From Patescibacteria group bacterium (GTDB taxonomy: Bacteria; Patescibacteriota; Patescibacteriia; UBA9934), in contig JBAQTB010000001.1 of assembly GCA_049296775.1 (NCBI GenBank), forward strand, positions 224,992 to 288,991: DNA of 64,000 nt. Direction: 5' to 3'. Each line of letters starts with the position of its first letter. Position 1 is the first letter of the stretch. Positions 17,533-27,325 of the stretch are shown one piece after another. A program made the position numbers and the translations under genes. Under the pieces are notes generated by a model. That model saw only the letters and a list, made by a program, of their open reading frames with translations. It was not told where the DNA came from and searched no databases.

Positions 17533-18699
17533 TTAGGAACTCAACTGGTCAACACATTTAGCCACTAATTGCGCCGCGCGCTTGGCCTCTGCCGCACTCG
17601 TCTGACGCCCAAAAGAGAACCTTACTGTAGCACGAATCTCCGCTTCGGGTAGCCCAATGGCCCGTAAAACGTGGCTCGGGAAGTCAGATGACTTACATGC
17701 CGCCGCGGTAGAGCACGCAATCCCGAGCGCATCTAATCGTAACACCAGCTCTTCCCCATCCAGCCCTACAAAGGTTAGGTTCAAAATGTGCGGTGCCCTA
17801 GCCTGACTATCACCGTTCACTCTGACCTGCGGACACTCAGCCTGCAGGACTTTCAAGAAAGTCGCTCTGACTGAGTCTAAATGGGCTCGATGTTTACCAA
17901 GATGAACGGTGGCCAATTGAGCGGCCAAACCAAAACCGACGATAGCGGGCACGTTCTCTGTGCCTGGCCTGTAGCCAAATTCATGGTTACCGCCCGCCAT
18001 GATCTGACGTAATTTAGTGCCGGTGCGCAAATACATAGCACCAATACCTTTGGGGCCATACATTTTAGCCGCCGACAACGTCATGAGATCAACATGAAGC
18101 TGCTCAACGTCCAACTCAATCACACCGTTAGCCTGTGCGGCATCAGTGTGGAGCAAGGCTTGATGCTTCAGCAAACCTTTACCAATGTCTGCGACGGGTG
18201 CGAGTACACCAAGTTCATTATTGACCAACATGACCGAGACTAAAATCGTGTCTGGTCTGACCGCGGCTAAAACTTGGGCAGCCGTCACCTGACCGTGCGC
18301 ATTGACCGGCACAAGTGTGATCTCAAAACCCTCCAGCTCTAAAGCGCGTAAAGTCGCCTTGTGCTCAGTAGTAACGGACACGATGTGTTTACCTAAGTGC
18401 GCGTTGGCTCGAGCAGCTCCTAAAATGGCTAAGTTGATTGACTCCGTAGCACCACTTGTAAAGATAATTTCAGTAGGTCGCGCTTTGATGAGTTTAGCTA
18501 CTTGCACTCTAGCTTCATCAATCGCGCGCCTAGCCCGCACACCCCCAGCATGAATACTCGACGGGTTCGCAAAGTCAGTTTTCAAAAACGGCAACATCAC
18601 CTTCAAGACCTGGGGGTCAAGCGGCGTAGCAGCGGCGTAATCAAGATAAATACGTTTAATCATCACAACCCCGGAAGGTAAAGGCAAACAACTGCACAT
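17533..18699 (-). CDS. cysteine desulfurase (NifS/IscS class V aminotransferase)
   Basis: YLDYAAATPLDP and FTSGATESINLAI near the N-terminus, a PLP-lysine region and an active-site Cys loop. Start probably at MIKRIYLDY (~18663). Confidence 0.85.
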   Translation of the reverse strand: MCSCLPLPSGVVMIKRIYLDYAAATPLDPQVLKVMLPFLKTDFANPSSIHAGGVRARRAIDEARVQVAKLIKARPTEIIFTSGATESINLAILGAARANAHLGKHIVSVTTEHKATLRALELEGFEITLVPVNAHGQVTAAQVLAAVRPDTILVSVMLVNNELGVLAPVADIGKGLLKHQALLHTDAAQANGVIELDVEQLHVDLMTLSAAKMYGPKGIGAMYLRTGTKLRQIMAGGNHEFGYRPGTENVPAIVGFGLAAQLATVHLGKHRAHLDSVRATFLKVLQAECPQVRVNGDSQARAPHILNLTFVGLDGEELVLRLDALGIACSTAAACKSSDFPSHVLRAIGLPEAEIRATVRFSFGRQTSAAEAKRAAQLVAKCVDQLSS

Positions 18700-19660
18700 T
18701 ACCCGAAGCCGTCTTTATTTTCAATGTTGCCCGGTGGTACATGGCGGCATTCACCAGCTGATAAAGCCTATGTTCCTTCACCGTCACCGTGGCGCGACCG
18801 TCACGGGTAATTCTGACATCTTCCCCCGCCAAGTCCTTAGGCAAGGGTTTACCGTCTAACTCAAGCTCAATCACAGCCGTACGGCCATCACTGGTGCCTA
18901 AAATTAAATTCACCGCAAAGGCGCTGTATTTCAGCAGCAAATACTCGTTGGCAACCGACAATTTTCTGGAATGTTCAATGAATTCAGACCTAACAGTCCA
19001 GTGTCCGTACACATACGGCCGATCTTCAGCGTGTTTAGCAACATCGGCAAAGATTTGCTCAGCATCAGGCAAATAGTTTTCTCGATTTCCCAACTCACCC
19101 CGCAAAAAACCTAAATAAACCTCGGGCGTAGTCCGGTAACACACCGCCCCACCCACAGCCTCATCAGGCGGCACTAACGGCAAATTCTTAGCGCCCGTAG
19201 CAATCAAAGCTTTCTGTAACGCCATCTCCGTCTCAGCATAGCCGCCTTCACCAATATGATCGTAAACAATGTAACCTTCGTGATCGACAACGTACTTGCG
19301 TGGCCAGTATTGGTTGCCGTACGCGTGCCACAACTCGTAATCTGGATCCAGTACCACCGGATAGTCAATCTCAGCCACCAACATGGCGCGCTCAACATTC
19401 TTAGGCTCTTTTTCAAAGGCAAATTCCGGCGTGTGGACACCAACAATGACTAAGCCGTGCTCAGCGTACAGTTTATGCCAACGATTCAGCATAGCCTGAG
19501 TCCGAATACAGTTCACGCAAGAATACGTCCAAAAATCGACCAACACCACTTTACCGCGCAACTTACGCAAACTTAACGGCCCGCCCTGCAGCCACTCGAG
19601 CTTATTAGGAAATTCTGGCGCTTTAGCGTGTGATAAGCGGTGTAAAAACATACTAGTCAA
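18656..19660 (-). CDS. thioredoxin-fold redoxin family protein (CxxC = CVNC) with extra C-terminal domain
   Basis: VVLVDFWTYSCVNCIRTQAMLNRWHKLYAEHGLVIVGVHTPEF is typical of TlpA/ResA/DipZ-like redoxins. Confidence 0.7.
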   Translation of the reverse strand: MTSMFLHRLSHAKAPEFPNKLEWLQGGPLSLRKLRGKVVLVDFWTYSCVNCIRTQAMLNRWHKLYAEHGLVIVGVHTPEFAFEKEPKNVERAMLVAEIDYPVVLDPDYELWHAYGNQYWPRKYVVDHEGYIVYDHIGEGGYAETEMALQKALIATGAKNLPLVPPDEAVGGAVCYRTTPEVYLGFLRGELGNRENYLPDAEQIFADVAKHAEDRPYVYGHWTVRSEFIEHSRKLSVANEYLLLKYSAFAVNLILGTSDGRTAVIELELDGKPLPKDLAGEDVRITRDGRATVTVKEHRLYQLVNAAMYHRATLKIKTASGNVQLFAFTFRGCDD

Positions 19661-20381
19661 ACCAGACTGAGGTCGACATGCCAGATAACAGTCTGCCGAT
19701 CAAAATTCCCACCAAAGCTGCCGCCAAAGAGATGGTCAGCATTTCAATCCCGCTTTTAACTTTAGGCGTACCCGTTAGATTCGCTTTCCAAACACCCAAG
19801 AAGAACAAAGCGACGACTGTCACGCCAACTGCGACCGGTAAGGCCCAAGCCAAGGGCAAAAAGAGGTAAGAGGCGAGTACCAGACAGCCCCCAAGAATAT
19901 AAAATAGTCCCATCACCAAGCCTGCCAAAGCTGGCGAACCAGACGTAGCTGGTGAAAATCTATACTCACACCGGCGTACCTCATCCAGCCACAACTTACG
20001 TTCTTTACCAATAGCCTGCATGGCCACCTGAATGTCCGCCGCTGACAAACCTTTGCGGGTGAACATGTCCTTCAGTGACTCATCATCAGAAATGCGTTCT
20101 GCCAGGACACGAGTAGCATCCTGCCTTGCACGCTCATCATACAGTTGCTGGGTCGATTTAGACGATAAGTAACTGCCAGCCGCCATGGATAAGGCTTCTA
20201 CAAATACAAGGACCACGCCAGAGAGAATGACGATATACCGGTCTCCGCTCCCCACCGCGACACCACTAACGGCGCCCAAAGTAGACACGAGACTGTCCTC
20301 CAGTCCAAACACGACTTCACGAAGGCTCGCGCTGAGCTTTTCGCGTAGTGTTCCTCCTTTCATACCCTCAAATTGTAACAC
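19653..20381 (-). CDS. VIT1/CCC1-family iron/manganese transporter
   Basis: GLEDSLVSTLGAVSGVA motif and a 5-TM C-terminal half with a cytoplasmic helical metal-binding domain. Confidence 0.7.
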   Translation of the reverse strand: MLQFEGMKGGTLREKLSASLREVVFGLEDSLVSTLGAVSGVAVGSGDRYIVILSGVVLVFVEALSMAAGSYLSSKSTQQLYDERARQDATRVLAERISDDESLKDMFTRKGLSAADIQVAMQAIGKERKLWLDEVRRCEYRFSPATSGSPALAGLVMGLFYILGGCLVLASYLFLPLAWALPVAVGVTVVALFFLGVWKANLTGTPKVKSGIEMLTISLAAALVGILIGRLLSGMSTSVWFD

Positions 20382-20383
20382 GC

Positions 20384-20938
20384 TTACGCCCCCATCTGAT
20401 CATTCTTGCGTGAATCTTGGCTTTCCTCATCTTTAGCAGCCCGATCTTCTTCCACCGCGACCATCAACTTTTCGTTCGCCTCTCGCAACGCACGTCTATC
20501 AGCAGCGAAGCGTTTATCTTTTTGCGCTTCTTCACGAGCAACTACAGCAACACGATCGGCCTCTAGATCTCTAGCCGCCATACCTTTCAAATCTCCACCA
20601 AGAGCTCCCAAATTAGTTGAAATTTCATTTAAAGTGTAAATGCGCTGATCAACAGCTTCCCTAAACTCCTCCCCTTCTTGGGTTTCAACTAAATCTTTGA
20701 TCGCGAAAAGATCATTATTCGCAGCAGAAAAATCTCGGTATAAATTCATGACGTCAGCATGCTTCATACTTTTTAGCTTATCGACCGTAGGCACCGCCAT
20801 CATGGGATAAGTGTTAAAATATGCCTCAATTTTAGCTTTTGGGCCAAGCTCAGCAGTCTCGACAACGTTCTTTTTAGACTCGACCTGTTCTGCGCCTTTT
20901 CTAAAGAATGAGGCGGCGCGTTCCATTAAACCGGACAT
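20384..20938 (-). CDS. hypothetical coiled-coil/charged protein
   Basis: 184 aa, Glu/Lys/Arg/Asp-rich, with no recognisable motif. Confidence 0.4.
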   Translation of the reverse strand: MSGLMERAASFFRKGAEQVESKKNVVETAELGPKAKIEAYFNTYPMMAVPTVDKLKSMKHADVMNLYRDFSAANNDLFAIKDLVETQEGEEFREAVDQRIYTLNEISTNLGALGGDLKGMAARDLEADRVAVVAREEAQKDKRFAADRRALREANEKLMVAVEEDRAAKDEESQDSRKNDQMGA

Positions 20939-21011
20939 AGATATAAACTAAGGATTTGCTCATAGCATACACAAGTCTGAAAAAATGCTAAACTAAGTTC
21001 AACTTAAGCCT

Positions 21012-21428
21012 ATGCAAATCTCAGACCATTATCGCGCCTTTGAAGGTAAGTTGGTGATTGCAGTCACCAACAATGAAAAAGCTCGGCTCATTTGCGCAGA
21101 AGGCCGTGAAGTTGAGGAAATTGAACTCATTGCCCTGCCAGAAACTGCTACAGAGGAAAGATCCGGGGTGCCTGGTCCTAATCCAAATTTTGATGCCCTC
21201 AAAGAACAGCGCCTAAAACAGCTTTACACAGCTCTCGGCGACCGGCTGCAAGATATGTTGGTGCATGAAGGTTATGACAAGGCCATTGTCTGCGTGCCAG
21301 AAGTTAACAAAAACTTTTTCAACGAATACCTACCAACCGATGTCCAAAAACGCATCTCAGAAGTGATCCCCAAAAACCTGGCTTCCATGGACATTCCTCA
21401 CATAATTAGAATTCTCCTAGAAGGCTAG
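21012..21428 (+). CDS. hypothetical protein
   Basis: 138-aa ORF with good coding look and no recognisable motif. Confidence 0.4.
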   Translation: MQISDHYRAFEGKLVIAVTNNEKARLICAEGREVEEIELIALPETATEERSGVPGPNPNFDALKEQRLKQLYTALGDRLQDMLVHEGYDKAIVCVPEVNKNFFNEYLPTDVQKRISEVIPKNLASMDIPHIIRILLEG

Positions 21429-21491
21429 CTCCAGCCCAACCCCGCTCTTGTAACACTCCAGTTTTTCTGCTAATCTGCCTCTGTTCATTAG

Positions 21492-21566
21492 GGCCACATG
21501 GCGAAGTGGGAACGCTGGGGTCTGCAAAACCTCCATGAGCCGGTTCGATCCCGGCTGTGGCCTCCA
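21492..21566 (+). tRNA. tRNA-Cys (anticodon GCA), CCA encoded
   Basis: GGCCACA acceptor pairs with TGTGGCC, D arm GCG..CGC, anticodon loop CTGCAAA, T arm GCCGGTTCGATCCCGGC. Confidence 0.85.
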
Positions 21567-21588
21567 AACATTTCATGTCTACAAAAAA

Positions 21589-21618
21589 ATCACTCCGCCA
21601 AATGCGGGGTGATTTTTT
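21589..21618. terminator. rho-independent terminator after tRNA-Cys (hairpin ATCACTCCGCCAAATGCGGGGTGAT + T6)
   Basis: Stem-loop followed by TTTTTT. Probably bidirectional with the convergent lipoprotein gene. Confidence 0.6.
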
Positions 21619-21623
21619 GATAG

Positions 21624-22208
21624 TTATTCTTGTGAATCGAGAGTGACGAGTTTGGAAGATAAGATGATCTTTTCGGCGGCGGTAATGTCTTGGCCGTAAA
21701 CGATAAACTTGTAGTTGGCGTCATCAGTCTTGAGGTAGTAGTCGTAATTGTAACGACCACTCAACTGACAGTCGCCACCGTCTTCACATAACATCAATTT
21801 GTAAAAATCGTCACCGAGTGACTCAGCCTCAGACGGCACAACACGGCGAGGGTCTAGGCGACTGACACGAACTTGGGTGTGTTCGTTAATACTGACGTAA
21901 GACTCTGCTGGAACATCTACCTCTGGAGCAGCGCCAGCACTAACGATAGGTTTATCGCTAGTCTGCAGGAAAATCTCGTTCAAATCCCGAGTAATTGTTT
22001 TAACGGTGTCGACAGCCTTAGTATCTGGTTCTTGATACGGCGCTAAGGTCAACCAACCAACTGGGAGACTAAAGGTCAGATACCAATCACCTTCCACGGT
22101 CTTTTGTCCGCCACCTTTACCAAGAGACAAACAGCCACCACCAACGATTAAGAGTGCACCCAAGACTACGAGTAACTTTTTCATACGTTTGTGGTTAGAG
22201 ATTAGCAC
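21624..22208 (-). CDS. hypothetical lipoprotein
   Basis: Internal Met start MKKLLVVLGALLIVGGGC carries a lipobox (~22184). Confidence 0.5.
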   Translation of the reverse strand: MLISNHKRMKKLLVVLGALLIVGGGCLSLGKGGGQKTVEGDWYLTFSLPVGWLTLAPYQEPDTKAVDTVKTITRDLNEIFLQTSDKPIVSAGAAPEVDVPAESYVSINEHTQVRVSRLDPRRVVPSEAESLGDDFYKLMLCEDGGDCQLSGRYNYDYYLKTDDANYKFIVYGQDITAAEKIILSSKLVTLDSQE

Positions 22209-22239
22209 CTGATCATTGTACCGCGTTTACAAGATCTGG

Positions 22240-22764
22240 CTAGCCACCGGTGTACACGTGAATCTTAACGGCTCGTCTACCAAAACGCTTAGCGTCCGTG
22301 ACGCTTTCCATCCAAATATCAATCGTGTTGGTGTAGCGAGCGTTCATGCGGTCTTCAACTACGAAAATTTGATCACCATAATAATCAGGAATCGTGATCA
22401 AGGTTCCGATCGGTAAAAAATTGGCGGCAATCACGCCGTGACGCACCGTGGTACCGGAAGCGGTAGTAAATGGCGTGTCATCTGTCTGTTCAGGCACGCT
22501 GTTATACGCCGAAGCCGTAACCACTTTGGTATAAAACGGTCCGCGCAAAGAAGCCTGGGGCAAAGTCCCAAACGGCACCGTCTGGTTCTGCATCGCAGCC
22601 ACTGACAGTGCTACAGAATGATCTTCTGTGATCTCGGCGGTCACAATATCGGCCGACTGTAAAACCAACACGTAACCCAAGACCGCTGCCAAAGCTACAA
22701 TCAAAAATGTCTCAAGCGGAGACCGACGAACTAACGCTGGTAGAGCCTTAATTTGCTGAAACAT
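22240..22764 (-). CDS. 3D-domain (MltA/RlpA-like double-psi beta-barrel) cell-wall protein
   Basis: N-terminal TM anchor and a C-terminal TASAYNSVPEQTDDTPFTTASGTTVRHGVIAAN...IWM region typical of 3D domains. Confidence 0.7.
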   Translation of the reverse strand: MFQQIKALPALVRRSPLETFLIVALAAVLGYVLVLQSADIVTAEITEDHSVALSVAAMQNQTVPFGTLPQASLRGPFYTKVVTASAYNSVPEQTDDTPFTTASGTTVRHGVIAANFLPIGTLITIPDYYGDQIFVVEDRMNARYTNTIDIWMESVTDAKRFGRRAVKIHVYTGG

Positions 22765-22851
22765 AGAATATAAAAATCTCGGAATCCTCCGAGATCTTGG
22801 ACAAGAGTATACGCCATTTTGCTTAAAATGTCAATGTAAAATCCCATTTTT

Positions 22852-25803
22852 TTGCGATTTATAGCCAGATTCAGTATGATTCAAGTATCTATGTATCGAT
22901 ATTCTCAAGGGCGACGGGAGCGTAAAGCGATTTTCAGTCTCGCTGGACTAAAACAACGCTTAAAAAACCTCAAAAAGGGGTCGATTATCAAAAATCTGAT
23001 TCTCCTGTGTTTGGCGGTTGGCCTAGGCGGCGCCTTATTGCTCTTGAGTCTGTTTGCTTGGTACTCCCAGGGGTTGCCAGATCCAGGCACCATCCTCAAC
23101 CGTGAGGTTGCGCAATCTACCAAAATTTACGACCGGACTGGTACGCATTTGTTGTATGAAATTGCACCAGACCAAAAACGTACGCTCGTGACCATTGAGC
23201 AGATCCCGCTGTCGGTTCAGCAAGCGACGATTACGGCTGAGGATCGTAATTTTTATGAGCACGACGGCATTAGCATCAAGGGCATTATCCGCTCCGTGCT
23301 GTCAAACGTGATTTCGCTTGACCCCACCGGACAAGGTGCGTCGACTATTACTCAGCAGTTCATCAAAAAAGCTTTCTTGACTGATGATCAAACGTACTCC
23401 AGAAAGATCAAAGAGATCATGATCGCCTTAGCTTTGGAGAAGAAGTTTGAAAAAAATGAAATTCTCCAGCTTTATTTGAATGAGATCCCTTACGGTGGCA
23501 CAAACTACGGCATTGAATCCGCAGCACAGGCGTATTTCAAAAAACCAGTCACAGATGTCAGCTTAGCTGAAGCTGCAACCTTAGCCGCCCTCCCCAACCG
23601 CCCCTCAACGTTCTTGAACAATCCCGAGCTCTTAAAAGCACGCCGTGATTGGATTTTAAACGGCATGGTGGAAGAAGGTTACGTCAGCCGCGAAGAAGCT
23701 GATGTAGCTTTGGCTCAAGAAACACCAGTCGTCGTGTCATTACGCAACATTGAAGCGCCGCACTTTGTGCTGTGGGTCAAAGAACAGTTAGAAGAAAAGT
23801 ATGGCGCTAGAACCACAGAAACTGGTGGTCTAAAAGTCATTACCACCCTCGACTACGATAAACAATTGATTGCGGAAGAGGCGGTCACTAATGGCGTCAC
23901 GGCCAAAAGTGCCACTTACGCTTTTGATGACGCCGGCCTAGTAGCCCTCGACCCTAAAACCGGTCAGATTTTATCTATGGTCGGTTCGCCGGACTACTGG
24001 AATGATGAAGCTGACGGACAGGTGAACGTCACCTTACGCCCGCTCCAACCAGGCTCAAGCATTAAACCCATGGTTTATGCGGCTGCCTTTGAACGTGGCT
24101 ATACTCCCAACACCATTGTTTGGGACGTAAAAACTACTTTCCCAACTACCACCGGTAACTACTCGCCTAACAACTATGACGGCGGTGAACATGGTTTTGT
24201 CACACTGCGCAAAGCGTTACAAGGCTCACTGAACATTCCAGCCGTAAAAACGTTGTACTTAGCCGGCATTGAAAACGCGCTGAACCTCGGCAAGCGCCTA
24301 GGCTACACCACACTGGAAGATGAGTACGTTGGCTTGTCTATGGTGCTTGGTGGCGTTCGTGTGACTCCGCTAGAACATGCCGCCGCCTTTGCGACCTTTG
24401 CCAACAACGGCGTCCGTCACGACACAGTAGCGATTTTAAGCGTACAGAGCCCAGACGGAACCATGCTAGAAGAATGGAGGGCAGAAGAACACACGGGTAC
24501 CCAAGCTACAGACAAGAACATTGCCGCCATGTTGTCTAACGTGTTGTCAGATAACGTTGCGCGCTCTTACATTTTTGGAGCCAACAATTACCTCACCCTA
24601 AGCGGCCGACCAGCGGCCTCAAAAACCGGTACCACCAACGAATACAAAGACGCCTGGACAGCTGGCTACACGCCATCCCTAGTAAGCGTGGTGTGGGTCG
24701 GTAACGCTGACGGAACGCTCATGAAAACCAGAGCGGACGGCTCAGTGGTAGCGGCGCCAATTTGGAAAGAGTACATGGACAGATCCCTAAAGGGCACGCC
24801 CGCCGAAGCTTTCCCAATTCCAGCGATTCCAATGACTGGGAAAGATATCTTAGACGGCAAAATGCCATCCACAACCGTTGTCATTGATAGCGCTTCCGGT
24901 AAATTAGCCACGGAACTCACACCGGAACGCTTCAGAGTAGAAAAAGTTTGTGGCGATTATCACAACATCTTGACCTACATCAATCGTGAAGATCCGTTAG
25001 GCGCAGCACCAAAAGATCCAGCCAAAGCGGACGTCATGTATGGCCCGTGGGAAAGTGGCGTGGTAGCTTACCTGGCCCAAACAGGTGAAGACGGGCAACC
25101 AAAGTTGGAGGCCTGTGAAGTTCCCACCGAAAGTGATGACGTGCACACTCAAAGAAACAAGCCAGATATTAACTTCGACCAACCAAACAGCAATGAGAGT
25201 GTCGGCAGAAGCTTCACAACCAGCCTAGATATCGACACTCGTCGCGCCTTTAACCGCGTGGATTACAGTGTCGATGGCGCCTATATCCTGACGTCATTTA
25301 GCGCTTCGGGAGCAAGCATTACGCTGCCAGCTTGGGTGTCGTCCGGTCAGCACACCCTGACCGCCACGGTTTACGACGACGTCGACAACAGCGCGCAAGA
25401 TAGCGTGCAGATCAACGTCACTGAGACCGGCTCACAAGGCAGCTTCCGGATTACCAACCCTTTCCAGAATCAAACGATCATAAAAACTGGGGCCAACTAT
25501 GATATTGCCATAGAAGTCCCGAACGCTAGCGATCTTTCCAGCCTCAAAATTACCGCCCAGAATCTCTGGACTGGAGAAACGCTTCTAGTGGGAGAAACCA
25601 GCTCACCGAGTGCTATCACCACGATTAGCTGGAATCTACCTGCAGTCGCTCAATACGCCCTCACAGCCACGGCTACAAGCAAAACTGGCAGCACCGACCC
25701 GCTCGCCTCTCCACCGGTGGTGGTCTTCGTCAAAGACGCCTCACCCGTTAATACCATCACACTCCTCAGTAACGACGATATACCTTTAGTCACAGCAGAA
25801 TAA
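22852..25803 (+). CDS. class A penicillin-binding protein (PBP1A-type transglycosylase/transpeptidase) with C-terminal Ig-like extension
   Basis: GT51 motifs EDRNFYEHDGIS and GASTITQQ; transpeptidase motifs SSIKP, SxN and KTGT. Confidence 0.9.
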   Translation: MRFIARFSMIQVSMYRYSQGRRERKAIFSLAGLKQRLKNLKKGSIIKNLILLCLAVGLGGALLLLSLFAWYSQGLPDPGTILNREVAQSTKIYDRTGTHLLYEIAPDQKRTLVTIEQIPLSVQQATITAEDRNFYEHDGISIKGIIRSVLSNVISLDPTGQGASTITQQFIKKAFLTDDQTYSRKIKEIMIALALEKKFEKNEILQLYLNEIPYGGTNYGIESAAQAYFKKPVTDVSLAEAATLAALPNRPSTFLNNPELLKARRDWILNGMVEEGYVSREEADVALAQETPVVVSLRNIEAPHFVLWVKEQLEEKYGARTTETGGLKVITTLDYDKQLIAEEAVTNGVTAKSATYAFDDAGLVALDPKTGQILSMVGSPDYWNDEADGQVNVTLRPLQPGSSIKPMVYAAAFERGYTPNTIVWDVKTTFPTTTGNYSPNNYDGGEHGFVTLRKALQGSLNIPAVKTLYLAGIENALNLGKRLGYTTLEDEYVGLSMVLGGVRVTPLEHAAAFATFANNGVRHDTVAILSVQSPDGTMLEEWRAEEHTGTQATDKNIAAMLSNVLSDNVARSYIFGANNYLTLSGRPAASKTGTTNEYKDAWTAGYTPSLVSVVWVGNADGTLMKTRADGSVVAAPIWKEYMDRSLKGTPAEAFPIPAIPMTGKDILDGKMPSTTVVIDSASGKLATELTPERFRVEKVCGDYHNILTYINREDPLGAAPKDPAKADVMYGPWESGVVAYLAQTGEDGQPKLEACEVPTESDDVHTQRNKPDINFDQPNSNESVGRSFTTSLDIDTRRAFNRVDYSVDGAYILTSFSASGASITLPAWVSSGQHTLTATVYDDVDNSAQDSVQINVTETGSQGSFRITNPFQNQTIIKTGANYDIAIEVPNASDLSSLKITAQNLWTGETLLVGETSSPSAITTISWNLPAVAQYALTATATSKTGSTDPLASPPVVVFVKDASPVNTITLLSNDDIPLVTAE

Positions 25804-25820
25804 TCACCATCAACTAAAAA

Positions 25821-25843
25821 ACGAGCCTGAGGCTCGTTTTTTT
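25821..25843. terminator. bidirectional terminator (AAAAAACGAGCCTGAGGCTCGTTTTTTT)
   Basis: Perfect 7-bp stem with a 3-nt loop, flanked by A6 and T7. Sits between the PBP1A gene (+) and dnaN (-). Confidence 0.8.
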
Positions 25844-25853
25844 AGTTCAATAC

Positions 25854-26987
25854 TTACTGTCTAATGGGCATGACGATATACACGTATGGTTGACCAGCTT
25901 CTTCTTTAGGCACTACCACACACGGGCTCACGGCATCAATGAGTTTGAGCACGACCTTCTCTGAGCCAATAGCGCCAACGCCGTCGAGTAAGTAGCGGTA
26001 GTTGAGGGTAGCAATGTTATCTTCACCCGTAATTTCCGCATCCACGGCCACGCTGTTCTCGCCCCGGCCAGCATCTGTAGCTGACAGCTCAACTTGGTTA
26101 CCGCCAGCCTTTACTTCCAATCTGACATCGAATAATCCGGCCTTAGAAAACAAGCTCGTCCGCTTCACCGCCTGCATAAACGCAACGCGGTTAACCGTGA
26201 TCTCAGTCTTAGCGTGCTTGGGGATAATCTCTTGATAAGGTGGATAAACTCCATCCAAAGTTCTTGATAGCAATTCGGCACTGCCGTACCTGAACGCCAC
26301 TTGGTTATCCGTCAGTTCAACCTCAAGTTCAGCGGGCATTTCCGCGCTATCTTTAAGGACGCCAATAATCCGTCTGAGCTCGGCCATGGTTCTAGCTGGA
26401 ATAATCACCCGGCGCTCACCCATGACTTCACCCTTCAAACTAATTACGCTCTCACCCAAACGATAACTATCGGTCGCGGCCACCGTTAAGCTCTTGGTCT
26501 CCCCAACAAAATTCATGAAGACACCGGTCAAAACCTGTCTAGCCTCGCTCGTGGCGACCGCAAACAGCGTCCTAGACAACGCAATTTCTAGAGCCGCCAC
26601 TGGAATCATGAACTTTGTGCCCCCAGAGATCTGCGGAACCAACGGAAATTCGCCTGAAGACATGCCGTTAATCTTGGTCTTAGAGGCACCACACACCACC
26701 GACAGGGCCGTGTCGAGTAAATCCAGGTCAACCCGCTCGTCTGGCAATAAGCTGACGTAATCTGAAAATAAACGAGAAGGCAAAGTGTATTCACCTGGTT
26801 GATCGACCTTACCCCGTACCTGACAAGTAACCGTTAAATCTAAATTTGTCGCCGTTAGCCGTACTCCACCTACATCTGCTCTCAATAAAACGTTATTCAG
26901 AATAGGTAGGTTGGCATTCTTAGCACTTAAATGACTGACAACCGCGAGTCCTTGGTGCAGATTCTCTTTCGTACAGGAAAGCTTCAC
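25854..26987 (-). CDS. dnaN: DNA polymerase III beta sliding clamp
   Basis: 377 aa with three-domain clamp architecture. N-terminus MKLSCTKENLHQGLAVVSHLSAKNANLPILNNVLL. Directly downstream of dnaA. Confidence 0.9.
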   Translation of the reverse strand: MKLSCTKENLHQGLAVVSHLSAKNANLPILNNVLLRADVGGVRLTATNLDLTVTCQVRGKVDQPGEYTLPSRLFSDYVSLLPDERVDLDLLDTALSVVCGASKTKINGMSSGEFPLVPQISGGTKFMIPVAALEIALSRTLFAVATSEARQVLTGVFMNFVGETKSLTVAATDSYRLGESVISLKGEVMGERRVIIPARTMAELRRIIGVLKDSAEMPAELEVELTDNQVAFRYGSAELLSRTLDGVYPPYQEIIPKHAKTEITVNRVAFMQAVKRTSLFSKAGLFDVRLEVKAGGNQVELSATDAGRGENSVAVDAEITGEDNIATLNYRYLLDGVGAIGSEKVVLKLIDAVSPCVVVPKEEAGQPYVYIVMPIRQ

Positions 26988-27325
26988 AGGGCGGGAATTT
27001 AATTTTAATTTCTAAAAAGTAACTATAGTAAGGCTGTGGATAGTGTGGACAGATGCGTTGCGAGGCTATTTTACTTGAGATCCGCGGAGTTGGCTTGTGG
27101 ATGAAAACTGCATGGAGGTGTTCATGGGGTGTGGGGAAAAGAACTTCCCAGGTCTGGGTCAGGGTTTACTCGCTGTTTGTCCCCTGGTCTATCCCCCTAC
27201 TTATCCGGGGGTCTGTCCACGGCCTTGTCCACACTTTATACCCGATTCCGGGTTATCCGCTAGGTATCAACACTGTGTACACAGCATGGATAAGTTACTC
27301 GGTTTATACAGAGGTTATCCGCAGT
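26988..27325. promoter_or_regulatory. candidate oriC: dnaA-dnaN intergenic region with at least 8 DnaA-box-like 9-mers and an AT-rich DUE
   Basis: Boxes TGTGGATAG 27035, TGTGGACAG 27044, TGTGGATGA 27096, TTGTCCACA 27225, TTATCCGCT 27253, TGGATAAGT 27287, TTATCCGCA 27314. AT-rich stretch AATTTAATTTTAATTTCTAAAAAGTAACTATAGTAA at 26995-27030. Confidence 0.7.
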
